Source: Spirochaetia bacterium
Lineage (GTDB): Bacteria > Spirochaetota > Spirochaetia > CAKZLE01
NCBI GenBank assembly: GCA_963677595.1
Contig: OY782041.1
Span: 2,496,001 to 2,560,000 of the forward strand
Direction of reading: 5' to 3'
DNA length: 64,000 nt
The notes under the pieces are model-generated. The model worked only from the letters and a program-made list of their open reading frames with translations. It did not search any database and was not told where the DNA came from. Positions 31,691 to 41,537 of the stretch are shown here, one piece after another (the first letter of the stretch is position 1; each line of letters starts with the position of its first letter). The translations under genes and the position numbers were made by a program.

Positions 31691-32203
31691 ATGGCAGATT
31701 GGAAAGTTGTTGCAGATAAGCTGACGGTTGCCGCTGAGAAGATACGGCTCGAACCGGATCATGATGTGGTCAAGACCATCAAATATGGACTGATTAATAC
31801 AGGAGCAGGGAACGGCGGTGCATTCAATGCCTGGGTGTTCGCATGCGGGGACGTCCGCCATGTAGGGGCATATTGCTATTACATCCTGTGGTTCGCAAAC
31901 CACTCCGAGGATTTCACCCTCGACCAGCTCAAGGACATGACCAGGCTCTGGCCAAGACAGCCTGCTGAGTTCGCTGCGTACTGCGGGTTCGATGAGCTCT
32001 GGGGATATATCCAGGAGATCGGCGAATGTCTGGACACCATCACCGAGAAGAGTGAACTCGTGGAACTGGTGAATGCACTCTGGGAGTATGCGAACCTCGT
32101 GAATGCATGGATCTATCAGTACATCCCGTGGGGTGCTTTCAAGATCGCACCGACAGTCACAAAAGAATTCTATAAGGAATCATTGGATTTCTTGAATAAA
32201 TAG
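31691..32203 (+). CDS. Cucumopine-synthase C-terminal helical bundle protein, copy 2
   Basis: GLINTGAG, FACGDVRHVG, TLDQLK..T, PAEFAAYCGFDELW, LVNALWEYANLVNAW...IPW. Confidence 0.78.
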   Translation: MADWKVVADKLTVAAEKIRLEPDHDVVKTIKYGLINTGAGNGGAFNAWVFACGDVRHVGAYCYYILWFANHSEDFTLDQLKDMTRLWPRQPAEFAAYCGFDELWGYIQEIGECLDTITEKSELVELVNALWEYANLVNAWIYQYIPWGAFKIAPTVTKEFYKESLDFLNK

Positions 32204-32217
32204 TTTGGAGGCAAACA

Positions 32218-33249
32218 ATGAGAAAGGGAAGAAACAGGATCGCTCTATTGGTTATGGTAGCACTGCTTGCAAGTTCCATGCTGTTCGCTGCAGGACAGAT
32301 TGAGACTAAAGAAGCTGTGGATGAACCCGTTCAGGTCATCTTTCGACTGGACTGGCTGCCAAGTGCATATCATGCTCCAGTGTTTGTAGCTGTTGAGAAC
32401 GGCTATTGGGAAGATGCAGGACTGGATGTAGAAGTGCAGTTCGGAAAGGGTTCAACTGATACTGCTAAGATGGTTGCAACAAAGCAGGCTGATTTCGGTT
32501 GGGCGAATACCGTAGTCACTACTCATGCGATCGAGACAGGTATGCCTTTGAAGACTATCTACGGTACCTACCAGAAGAACGCTCTTGGTGTCATGGTATT
32601 CAAGGATTCAGGTATCACTGATGCTTCACAGCTTGGAGGCAAGAAAGTGACTATGACAGGGTCTGGAGAAGAGGCAGTACTCTTCCCTCTCTGGATGGAA
32701 TTCAATGGTGTCGATTCTGAGAATGTAGACAGGGTCATAATCGAATCACGGGACACGAGAAGGGCGATGTTCCTGGAAGGTGAAGTCGACGCATACTGGG
32801 AGACCCTGTTCAGTAATATCCCGGTGCTGCAGGAACAGACAGATCGTGAGATCACTGGCATCATGATCAGCGATGGTGACCACCCGCTGAACCTCCTGCT
32901 GCAGGGACTTATTACCAACACTACAATGATCGAAGACAGCCCTGAGGTCGTGGAGGCTTTCGTTGCCGGTTTCAAGAAGGCTATTCAGTGGTCCATGGAT
33001 GATCCTGAAGGTGCGACTGACATCCTGATGAAGCTGGTACCTGAGATCCAGAACAGGGAGATCTCAATCGGGATCCTTGAGAATTCATTCAAGCTGTTCC
33101 AGACGAACAATTCTGAATCCATGGCCCTTGGGATGTACTCTGACAAGGACTGGGATGTGACTCTTGACCTCATGGTTGAGATGGGGAATCTGGAAACAAT
33201 CGATTCGTACGACAAGTACTACACGAATGAGTTCATTCCAGAGGATTAA
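32218..33249 (+). CDS. ABC transporter substrate-binding protein, NMT1/THI5-like
   Basis: Signal peptide; RLDWLP...HAP.FVA.E.GY.EDAGLDV....G.GS. Confidence 0.9.
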   Translation: MRKGRNRIALLVMVALLASSMLFAAGQIETKEAVDEPVQVIFRLDWLPSAYHAPVFVAVENGYWEDAGLDVEVQFGKGSTDTAKMVATKQADFGWANTVVTTHAIETGMPLKTIYGTYQKNALGVMVFKDSGITDASQLGGKKVTMTGSGEEAVLFPLWMEFNGVDSENVDRVIIESRDTRRAMFLEGEVDAYWETLFSNIPVLQEQTDREITGIMISDGDHPLNLLLQGLITNTTMIEDSPEVVEAFVAGFKKAIQWSMDDPEGATDILMKLVPEIQNREISIGILENSFKLFQTNNSESMALGMYSDKDWDVTLDLMVEMGNLETIDSYDKYYTNEFIPED

Positions 33250-33334
33250 TCTGATTCTATGATTACCCGCATGCTCCTGTTCGCAGGAGTATGGGGGATC
33301 TTCACTATTACGAAGAGGTTGAAGGACATTACAT

Positions 33335-34180
33335 ATGAGTGGAACCAATGTTGCAGAGAAAGAGCATAATGCAGTTATTGAGATTCAGAACCTTGGAATG
33401 ACGTATACAAGAAACAATCTTGAGCCGGTAACTGCAATCGAAGATATCCACCTGAGTGCTTCTGAAGGGGAGTTCGTATCCATTGTTGGTCCCAGCGGAT
33501 GTGGAAAGACGACGCTGCTCAGACTTGTATCCGGATTGCTGACTCCTACGAAGGGAGCAGTGAATATTCATGGACAACCAGTGACTGGTCCCAGCCGGAA
33601 TGTTGGTATGGTCTTTCAGCAGCCAATATTATTAGAATGGCGTTCGATCCTGGATAATATTCTCCTACCGATCGAGGTGAGAAAAGAGAACAAGAAAGAC
33701 TATCAGGAACAGGCTATGCAACTTCTTAAGTTATCAGGTCTGGATGGTTTCGGGAATAAGAGTCCTTTTGAGCTTTCAGGAGGAATGAAGCAGAGAGCCT
33801 GTATCTGCCGTGCTTTGATCGAGAACCCGGCAGTATTGCTGATGGATGAACCTTTTGGGGCTTTGGATGCATTTACCCGAGACCAGATGAATCTTGAATT
33901 ATTACGAATCTGGCGAGGGGAGAGTGATGCGTTCAAAGATGTTACGCACCACGCTAAGAAAACGATCATTTTCATTACCCATAGTATACAGGAAGCAGTA
34001 TTCCTCTCTGACAGGGTGATCGTCCTCTCGGCAAGACCTAGTAAAGTGATTAAGGAATATAAGATCCCGTTTGCACGACCAAGAACTGAAGAAGTTCTCA
34101 AGGAGCAGGAATTCGGTGAATTGGTATTTCAGATAACTGATGACATCAAAGCAAATTGTGGTCAGTTACTCTACTCATAA
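33335..34180 (+). CDS. ABC transporter ATPase (TauB/SsuB-like)
   Basis: GPSGCGKT, LSGGMKQR, LLMDEPFGALD, FITHS. Confidence 0.95.
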   Translation: MSGTNVAEKEHNAVIEIQNLGMTYTRNNLEPVTAIEDIHLSASEGEFVSIVGPSGCGKTTLLRLVSGLLTPTKGAVNIHGQPVTGPSRNVGMVFQQPILLEWRSILDNILLPIEVRKENKKDYQEQAMQLLKLSGLDGFGNKSPFELSGGMKQRACICRALIENPAVLLMDEPFGALDAFTRDQMNLELLRIWRGESDAFKDVTHHAKKTIIFITHSIQEAVFLSDRVIVLSARPSKVIKEYKIPFARPRTEEVLKEQEFGELVFQITDDIKANCGQLLYS

Positions 34181-34200
34181 CTTCTGATGGTTGGTGAAAA

Positions 34201-34965
34201 ATGATAAATAGAAACGAAACGATAAAATCGATACTGTACCCGATACTGTTCATTGTACTGTTGATCATTATCTGGCACTATGCTGTACGAATCTTTGAGA
34301 TTGCCGTCTATATACTTCCAGATCCGTATGATATTCCTGGTAATCTCGTTGACAACTTCGAGATTATCATGAACCATACGAAGATCACGTTATATGAGAC
34401 CTTCCTCGGGTTAGCACTCAGTATCGTGTTTGCAGTTTGCATCTCCGTACTGATTGTCAGTTCTGAGGTTGCTGATAAAGTTCTTATGCCGCTGATGATC
34501 CTATCACAGTCCTTCCCGAAAACAGCCATAGCCCCGCTCATGGTCATCTGGTTCGGGTATGATACCCTCCCTAAGATCATCATGAGTTTCCTCATAGGAT
34601 TCTTCCCGATAACCATGAACATGGTAATGGGTTTGCGATCCCCAAGCGAGGAGATGATGGATCTTATCAAGTCCCTTTCAGCTACGAAAGGGCAGATATT
34701 CATGAAAATGAGAATACCCGCTTCTATACCGTATTTCTTCAATGGGATCAAGATCTCTATTCCGATGTGTCTTGTCGGTGCAGTCGTCGGGGAGTTCGTC
34801 GGAGCTAATAAGGGACTTGGGTATGCGATTCTCATGGCTAATAACGAGTTCAACACCATCCTGGTATTCTCTTGCTTAGTCGTACTTTCCATCGTAGGTG
34901 CAGCATTGTATTTCCTGGCAGAGCGGCTCGAGAGGATGTCAGCTCCCTGGTACAAGAAGAACTAG
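34201..34965 (+). CDS. ABC transporter permease (TauC/SsuC-like)
   Basis: ILPDP, QSFPKTAIAPL..IWFG, GAVVGEFVG...GLG. Confidence 0.93.
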   Translation: MINRNETIKSILYPILFIVLLIIIWHYAVRIFEIAVYILPDPYDIPGNLVDNFEIIMNHTKITLYETFLGLALSIVFAVCISVLIVSSEVADKVLMPLMILSQSFPKTAIAPLMVIWFGYDTLPKIIMSFLIGFFPITMNMVMGLRSPSEEMMDLIKSLSATKGQIFMKMRIPASIPYFFNGIKISIPMCLVGAVVGEFVGANKGLGYAILMANNEFNTILVFSCLVVLSIVGAALYFLAERLERMSAPWYKKN

Positions 34966-35011
34966 AAGATCAACTATCCAGAATAATGAACTTTTTACAA
35001 GAGGTGTGTAT

Positions 35012-36010
35012 ATGAAGAAGTTTATGAATGATCCGATGAATTTCGTAAATGACATGATGTCAGGGATCATGTTGGCTCATGGGGACCTGTACAAACTGGC
35101 AGCCAATGACAGGAAGTGCCTGGTACGGAAAGAGACCCCTATTGAGGGGAAGGTTGCCATCGTCACGGGTGGAGGATCCGGTCATCTGCCGGTATTCCTC
35201 GGTTATGTTGGGGAAGGGCTTGCTGACGGCTGTGCCGTTGGGAACGTCTTTTCCTCACCGACTGCCCGACAGATCTATAAAGTTGCAAAAGCAGTCAGCG
35301 CCGATAAGGGAGTCCTCTTTCTCTACGGGATGTACCAGGGCGATATGATGAACTTCGATAAGGCTGCCGATATGGCACGGGAGGACGGCTTGACGGTCGA
35401 ATCCCTCAGGGTATCGGATGATGTAGCATCAGCACCCGCCGATCGTTGGCAGGAACGACGAGGTGTCGGTGGTATCTTCTTCGCCTATAAGATCGCAGGG
35501 GCGATAGCCAAGACGGGAGCTTCCCTGGATGAGGTCATTGAAGTCACGAAAAGGGCAATCACGAACATCCGTACGCTCGGTGTGGCGATTTCCTCCTGTA
35601 TCCTTCCCGCAATGGGGAAGGAGACCTTCGAGATCGAAGCGGACAAGATGGAGATCGGCATGGGGATCCATGGAGAATCGGGTGTCGAACGGGTGACTAT
35701 GAAGAGTTCGAAGGAGATCGCTTCCATCCTCGTGGATACTGTCTGTGAAGATGCCGGCCTGAAAGCCGGGGAAGAGGTCGCGGTTCTGGTGAACAGCCTT
35801 GGGGGCACACCGCTGGAAGAGCTCTATATCCTCTATGGGGACATCTACCCGCTGCTCGAGGCACGGGGATTGAAGGTCTATAAAAAGTACATAGACCGGT
35901 ATGCATGTTCTATGGAGATGCAGGGAGCATCCCTGAGCCTGATGCGCCTGGACCCGGAACTCAAGGAACTGCTTGATGCAGAAGCAGCTTCCCCGTTCCT
36001 GAACCTGTAA
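35012..36010 (+). CDS. dhaK: Dihydroxyacetone kinase family subunit K
   Basis: MKKFMNDP, GGGSGHLP, GNVFSSP, RRGVGG, GMGIHGE. Confidence 0.9.
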   Translation: MKKFMNDPMNFVNDMMSGIMLAHGDLYKLAANDRKCLVRKETPIEGKVAIVTGGGSGHLPVFLGYVGEGLADGCAVGNVFSSPTARQIYKVAKAVSADKGVLFLYGMYQGDMMNFDKAADMAREDGLTVESLRVSDDVASAPADRWQERRGVGGIFFAYKIAGAIAKTGASLDEVIEVTKRAITNIRTLGVAISSCILPAMGKETFEIEADKMEIGMGIHGESGVERVTMKSSKEIASILVDTVCEDAGLKAGEEVAVLVNSLGGTPLEELYILYGDIYPLLEARGLKVYKKYIDRYACSMEMQGASLSLMRLDPELKELLDAEAASPFLNL

Positions 36011-36024
36011 GGGGGGAGAAATCT

Positions 36025-36645
36025 ATGGATACGAACAAGATGACAGGCATGATACAGGCTGTATGTGAAGACCTGATCTCCCGGAAGGATGAGTTCTGCG
36101 AACTTGATGCAAAGGCAGGTGATGGGGACCTGGGAGTGACCCTCGTATATGGCTGCAGGGCAATCCTGGAATACCTTGAAGAGTATGACCTTGATGTGAT
36201 GACTCCCGGCGAGATCCTCGAAGGCTGTGGCGAGGCATTCGAGGAGAACACCGGATCCACATTATCGATCATCATCGCTGAGATGCTCTATGCAGCAGCG
36301 AAATCACTTGGGGAAAGTGAAGATCTCGGCAAAGCTTTGCTGGCAGCTGTAGACGGGGTGGCGAAACGGGGAAAAGTCACGATTGGTGACAAGACGATCT
36401 ATGACTCCCTCAAACCATCGGCTGATGCATACATGCTGCAGCAGAACTTGGGTGTGGATGTTGCGGCATGCCTGGAACACGCTGTTGAGGCTGCAACTGC
36501 CGGTATGGAGAGTACCAGGGGGATGAAGGCGAGGACCGGACGAGCAAGCTGGATGGGCGACGGGGTCGTCGAGCATGTCGATGCCGGGTCTGTCGTCTGG
36601 GTTCGGATACTAACGAAAATACAGGATCTTGTGATCCAGGATTAA
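36025..36645 (+). CDS. dhaL: Dihydroxyacetone kinase family subunit L
   Basis: LDAKAGDGDLG, GDKTIYD, GRASW, DAG. Confidence 0.88.
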   Translation: MDTNKMTGMIQAVCEDLISRKDEFCELDAKAGDGDLGVTLVYGCRAILEYLEEYDLDVMTPGEILEGCGEAFEENTGSTLSIIIAEMLYAAAKSLGESEDLGKALLAAVDGVAKRGKVTIGDKTIYDSLKPSADAYMLQQNLGVDVAACLEHAVEAATAGMESTRGMKARTGRASWMGDGVVEHVDAGSVVWVRILTKIQDLVIQD

Positions 36646-36672
36646 TACTATTTATTGATGAAAGGTGAATAT

Positions 36673-37773
36673 ATGTTCAAACTCGAAAACGTAGCACGTG
36701 ACTGTATCATGAAGAGTGATAAGTACATTCCGGGGAAACCCGTCGAAGAGGTTGAGAGGGAGTACGGGGTGAGCGACAGTATCAAGCTCGCTTCGAACGA
36801 GAACCCCTTCGGGGCATCACTCGTAGCGTTCAAGGCAATGGTGAAGGAACTGACGACCCATTCCCACCTCTATCCTGAAAGTTCAAGTTTTAAACTGAAG
36901 ATGGCCCTTGCGGAGAAGCATGCTGTCGACCCAGGAATGATACTGGTAGACAACGGCCTTGACGGCGTCATCAACACGTTCGGCATGACCTTCATAGATC
37001 CCGGTGACAAGGTGGTTACCTCCGATATCACATTTCCGGCTTATAAGAATATTACCACGAAGATGAACGGGAACCTCGTTGTGGTTCCCGCTGCCGATGA
37101 TCTCGGGTTCGATATCGACGGTATCCTTGAGGCTGCAGGGAGTGATGCGAAGATCATCTTCCTCTGTAACCCGAACAACCCGACGGGGAACATGATCGGG
37201 AAGGCAGATTTCGAGAGGATCATGAAAGCCGTGCCGGAGACGACCCTGGTCGTCTCTGACGAAGCCTATTTCGAGTTCGCAGTCGACGAGGAGTATCCCG
37301 ATACGATCTCATACCTGAACGAGTATCCTAACCTGGTCGTACTGAGGACGTTCTCGAAAATCATGGGACTAGCCGGGATCCGGGTCGGTTATATGATCGC
37401 TGATCCCAATATCGTAGAGGTCATGATGAAGGCGAGACTCCCGTTCCCGGTGAACAGGATCGCTGAGGCTGGGGCCCTTGCATCACTGACAGACCAGGAA
37501 TTCATAGAACGGGTCGTGACCCATACCGTCAGCGAACGGATATGGTTGAAGGAGCAGCTGGAAGCCATGGGGATGACTGCTGAAGAGAGTCATACGAACT
37601 TCCTCTTCGTGAAGCTGAACAGGCCAATGGGGACGCTGTATGAAGACCTGCTGCGAAAAGGGATCATCCTCCGACCAGTAGCCTATAACGGAGCTGACTA
37701 TTTCAGGATCACCATCGGGACGGCTGAAGAGAACAGGATCCTTCTCGACGGACTGAAGGATATCCTGGGGTAG
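36673..37773 (+). CDS. hisC: Histidinol-phosphate aminotransferase-like (aromatic aminotransferase) paralog
   Basis: YIPGKP, KLASNENPFG, CNPNNPTG, DEAYFEF, RTFSKIMGLAGIRVGY; not in a his operon. Confidence 0.85.
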   Translation: MFKLENVARDCIMKSDKYIPGKPVEEVEREYGVSDSIKLASNENPFGASLVAFKAMVKELTTHSHLYPESSSFKLKMALAEKHAVDPGMILVDNGLDGVINTFGMTFIDPGDKVVTSDITFPAYKNITTKMNGNLVVVPAADDLGFDIDGILEAAGSDAKIIFLCNPNNPTGNMIGKADFERIMKAVPETTLVVSDEAYFEFAVDEEYPDTISYLNEYPNLVVLRTFSKIMGLAGIRVGYMIADPNIVEVMMKARLPFPVNRIAEAGALASLTDQEFIERVVTHTVSERIWLKEQLEAMGMTAEESHTNFLFVKLNRPMGTLYEDLLRKGIILRPVAYNGADYFRITIGTAEENRILLDGLKDILG

Positions 37774-37794
37774 AAAGGAAGAAAGGGCTTGGGT

Positions 37795-39039
37795 ATGGAT
37801 TGCGATAGCGAGAGGATCAAAAGACGACTGGATGAGCTGTCCGGGTTCAATGCGACTCCTGGATGCGGTATAACCCGGTTCTCTTACAGCAGAGAGGACC
37901 GTGAAGCAAGGATCTATCTCATTGAACAGATGGAAGCGATCGGACTCTCGGTATCCATAGATGCTGTAGGCAATATCAGGGGAAGAATGGAGGGGACAGA
38001 CCCTCAGGCTCCCCCAGTCATCACCGGCTCCCATATCGATACCGTGTTTCACGGCGGCAAGTATGACGGTGCGGTTGGAGTCATCTGTGCCCTTGAGGTG
38101 CTGTCGGTCTTGAAGGACAAGAGCTTATCGGGGAAACACCCCGTGGAGATCATGATCTTCTCAGAGGAAGAGGGGTCGAACTTTGATTCCACCATGGCAG
38201 GCAGTAAGGCATTTGCTGGGAAGTATACCCTGGAAGACCTGAAGAAGATCCGGAACCGAGATGGGATGGCCATGTACACCATGCTGAAGGATGCAGGGTT
38301 CCACCCTGACAACCTTCCTGCGGAACAGGACGGGAGAGCCCCGATCAAGGCATTCATCGAGCTGCACGTCGAGCAGGGAGGAGTTCTTGATGCCGAGAAT
38401 CGTTCGATAGGTATAGTGAAGGGAATCAACGGCAGCCGGTGTTTGGAGATCATCGTGAAAGGCGAGGCCAACCATGCCGGGGCTACCCCTATGTATCTCA
38501 GGCGTGACCCTATGGTTGCCGCTGCCATGATCATTAGTGAGATAGACCAGGCAATGAGTAAGGATACTGATGCTACCACGGTTGCGACCGTAGGAAAGAT
38601 CCATGCATCCCCCGGGATCTCGAACTGCATTGCTGAAGAGGTGAGGTTCACCGTCGATGTCCGGGATATTGTGGAGAGCGGTATCGAGCGGGTCTGCAGG
38701 GCAATCGATACGACCACTGCCAGGGCTGAAGAACAGTATGGGGTGAAGGTCTCGCAGGGGATCCTCGCGGAATCGGATGTCGTGACCTTGTCTGACACGG
38801 TGATCTCCGTCCTCAAGGAGAAGGCAGAAACCCGGGGTGTCTCATACCGGTGCATGAACAGTGGTGCCGTCCATGATGCAGCAATGCTGGGCTCTCTCAC
38901 CGATGTAGGTATGATCTTCGTCCCGAGTATCAGGGGAAAGAGCCATGTCCCTGAAGAGGATACGAGGATCGAAGATATAACGTATGGGGCAGATCTCCTG
39001 CTGGAAGGCATCTGCGGACTAGCCGGGATAGAGATCTAG
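37795..39039 (+). CDS. Zn-dependent M20 amidohydrolase (N-carbamoyl-amino acid/allantoate amidohydrolase family)
   Basis: GSHIDTV..GGKYDG, EEEG, ELHVEQG, NHAGATPM, SGAVHDA, GKSH.PEE. Confidence 0.92.
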   Translation: MDCDSERIKRRLDELSGFNATPGCGITRFSYSREDREARIYLIEQMEAIGLSVSIDAVGNIRGRMEGTDPQAPPVITGSHIDTVFHGGKYDGAVGVICALEVLSVLKDKSLSGKHPVEIMIFSEEEGSNFDSTMAGSKAFAGKYTLEDLKKIRNRDGMAMYTMLKDAGFHPDNLPAEQDGRAPIKAFIELHVEQGGVLDAENRSIGIVKGINGSRCLEIIVKGEANHAGATPMYLRRDPMVAAAMIISEIDQAMSKDTDATTVATVGKIHASPGISNCIAEEVRFTVDVRDIVESGIERVCRAIDTTTARAEEQYGVKVSQGILAESDVVTLSDTVISVLKEKAETRGVSYRCMNSGAVHDAAMLGSLTDVGMIFVPSIRGKSHVPEEDTRIEDITYGADLLLEGICGLAGIEI

Positions 39040-39072
39040 ATCATATTACACAAACGATGTGAGAGGTGGACT

Positions 39073-40467
39073 ATGAAGAAGCTGATAACGAACGGGACAA
39101 TCATCACGGCGAAGGAAGAGTACCGTGCAGACCTGCTGATCGAGGACGGGAAGATCGTGAAGATCGGGAAGCAGCTGGAGGCAGAAGGCTCCGAGGTCGT
39201 GGATGCAGCCGGCTGCTACATCCTGCCCGGGGGCGTGGACCAGCACGTGCATTTCTCGTTCGAGTTCAACGGGACGAAGGTGCGGGGCTTCGAGACCTCG
39301 AACGCGGCAGCGCTCGGGGGGACGACGACGGTGATCGAGTTCGTGAACCAGATCCGCGGCAAGGGACTGCTCGAGTCGATCGAGGAGTACCGGAAGGAGC
39401 AGGTTGACGGGATCGCGCTGGTGGACTACAACCTGCATGGTATCATCACGGACCCGCGGGAAGAGGTCTTCGAGGAGATGGAGTCGCTGGTAGCGGCAGG
39501 GTATACGACGGTGAAGCTGTTCATGGCGTACAAGGGGATGTTCTTCCATGCGGATGACGATGCGATCCTGAAGGCGCTGAAGGCAGGGAAGAAAGCCGGT
39601 GTGACGATCATGGTGCATGCGGAGAACGCCGAGGCGATCGATGTGTTCCAGAAAGAACTCGTGGCAGCGGGAAAGACCGAACCCTACTCACATGTGTTAT
39701 CGCGGCCGCCGCTGGTGGAGGCAGAGGCGACGAGGAGGGCGATCTACCTGTCGCAGCTGGCCGATGCGCCGATCTACATCGTGCATGTATCGTGTACTGA
39801 GGCGGTGAACGAGGTGAAGAAAGCCTACACCTCAGGACTGCCGGTGCGGGGAGAGACCTGCTCGCACTACCTGGTGCTCGATGACAGCAAGCTGGCACTG
39901 CCGGACTTCGAGGGGGCGAAATATGTCTGCTCACCGGCACTGCGAAGCGCAGACCACCATGAGTCGCTGTGGGAAGCGATCGATATGGGCTGGCTGAACG
40001 CGGTGAGCTCGGACCACTGCGGGTTCGACTGGGCAGAACAGAAGCACATGGGGAAAGATTCCTTCGTGAACATCCCGAACGGGGCACCGGGGATGGAACA
40101 CCGGCTGGCGATCCTGTGGACCTACGGGGTGGAGACGGGACGGATCACGAAGCAGAAGCTGGTGGAACTGTTCGCGACGGAACCGGCGAGGAACACGGGG
40201 ATCGATTACTGCAAGGGGCATATAGCCATCGGCTATGATGCGGACCTGGTGGTGTTCGACCCGACATGGAAGGGCGTGATCACGAACGAGCGAAGCCTGC
40301 AGGGCGTGGACTACACGCCGTATGAGGGGATGGAGCAGATCGGACGGGTCGAGAAGGTCTTCCTGCGAGGCGAGCAGATCGTCGACGGCGGGGAGTATAT
40401 GGGAACGGCAGTGAAGGGAACGCACGTGAAGGGGAGACCCTTTGGTGCGACCTATAAGCAGAGATAA
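39073..40467 (+). CDS. hydA: Dihydropyrimidinase / D-hydantoinase
   Basis: PGGVDQHVH, KLFMAY, VHAEN, IVHVS, SDHC. Confidence 0.93.
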   Translation: MKKLITNGTIITAKEEYRADLLIEDGKIVKIGKQLEAEGSEVVDAAGCYILPGGVDQHVHFSFEFNGTKVRGFETSNAAALGGTTTVIEFVNQIRGKGLLESIEEYRKEQVDGIALVDYNLHGIITDPREEVFEEMESLVAAGYTTVKLFMAYKGMFFHADDDAILKALKAGKKAGVTIMVHAENAEAIDVFQKELVAAGKTEPYSHVLSRPPLVEAEATRRAIYLSQLADAPIYIVHVSCTEAVNEVKKAYTSGLPVRGETCSHYLVLDDSKLALPDFEGAKYVCSPALRSADHHESLWEAIDMGWLNAVSSDHCGFDWAEQKHMGKDSFVNIPNGAPGMEHRLAILWTYGVETGRITKQKLVELFATEPARNTGIDYCKGHIAIGYDADLVVFDPTWKGVITNERSLQGVDYTPYEGMEQIGRVEKVFLRGEQIVDGGEYMGTAVKGTHVKGRPFGATYKQR

Positions 40468-40497
40468 ACGACAACGTACAATACAGGAGAACAAGCA

Positions 40498-41319
40498 ATG
40501 GCAAAGATAACGGATCTGAAGGGGTACTGTTACCCGTTGAGCCCGGAAGGGAAGGCATCGCTGCTGGGGGACATGCCCTGGCACTACGGGACGGAGTACC
40601 TGAACATCGCATACAAGACGGATGCGGATGCGATCGCGAAGTGGATACCGGAGCCGCTGGAGCCGGGCCCGAACCCGGACACGGCCTACGTGGCATTCAG
40701 CAAGTGGTGGTCAGTATGGGATGACGCGAAGGACATGGCATACGTGAACCCGGAGCGGACGCAGTACACCGAGGCGGCGATCTGGGTAGGGTGTTCATAC
40801 AAGGGACAGCCGGCACAGATGTGTCTGTCGATCTGGGTGGACAATGACTTCACGATGGCACGGGGCTGGTTCATGGGCTTCCCGAAGAAGTTGGGATCGA
40901 TCAGTATCACGAGCTATAACGGGCTGAACCCGGGGATGAGCGAAGAGGGAGAGGGATCGATCCTCTCCGGGATCGTCTCCTCGCACGGGGAGCGGCTGAT
41001 CAAGGGTACGGCTACGCTGGAGCGGAAGATCGACCGGGCAGAGCTGCCGAAGCCGATGGGGCTGCCGATCTTCCACCTGCGGCAGTTCCCGAGCCTGGTG
41101 CCGGGCGCACAGCCGTCGGTACTGGAGATCGTGAAGCTGGGAGCGAAGGACTGGAACTGGGGCCCGGATGTCTGGGCCGGGAGCGGATCGCTTGAGTTCC
41201 TCCCCTCGGAGCTGGAGGAGCATATGCCGCTCAAGCCGAAGGAGATCATCGGATCCTACCGGTTCCGTAACGGGTACACCTTCGACGGCGGTGAGGTCGT
41301 CTACGACTACCTGAAATAA
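40498..41319 (+). CDS. Acetoacetate decarboxylase family protein
   Basis: P.SP.G.ASL....PWHY, Y.EA, WVDND..MARGW.MGFPKKLG (Schiff-base Lys region). Confidence 0.88.
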   Translation: MAKITDLKGYCYPLSPEGKASLLGDMPWHYGTEYLNIAYKTDADAIAKWIPEPLEPGPNPDTAYVAFSKWWSVWDDAKDMAYVNPERTQYTEAAIWVGCSYKGQPAQMCLSIWVDNDFTMARGWFMGFPKKLGSISITSYNGLNPGMSEEGEGSILSGIVSSHGERLIKGTATLERKIDRAELPKPMGLPIFHLRQFPSLVPGAQPSVLEIVKLGAKDWNWGPDVWAGSGSLEFLPSELEEHMPLKPKEIIGSYRFRNGYTFDGGEVVYDYLK

Positions 41320-41351
41320 GGGGAACGTCAACAATACTTGCTAATAGCAAT

Positions 41352-41392
41352 TGTGTGCATCCTGTAAAAGAGTGGGGGATGCACACAGTTTT
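41352..41392 (+). terminator. Intrinsic terminator ending the island operon
   Basis: TGTGTGCATCC...GGATGCACACA stem followed by GTTTT. Confidence 0.7.
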
Positions 41393-41537
41393 GGAATGTA
41401 CACCATATAACACAGGATATCGTATCAAAACATATATAAATAGCATATTACGTTCTGTATTGGTTGCATTCTGTGGTATGATATCTGTATAATTGCTGGT
41501 TAAGAAGTGTGTAGATGCAGCAGTGAAGGTATAGTAT

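Noticed and set aside
36673-37773. Housekeeping histidine biosynthesis role for the HisC-like gene
   Set aside because: It lies inside a repeat-bounded catabolic island with no other his genes, so a different substrate is more likely.
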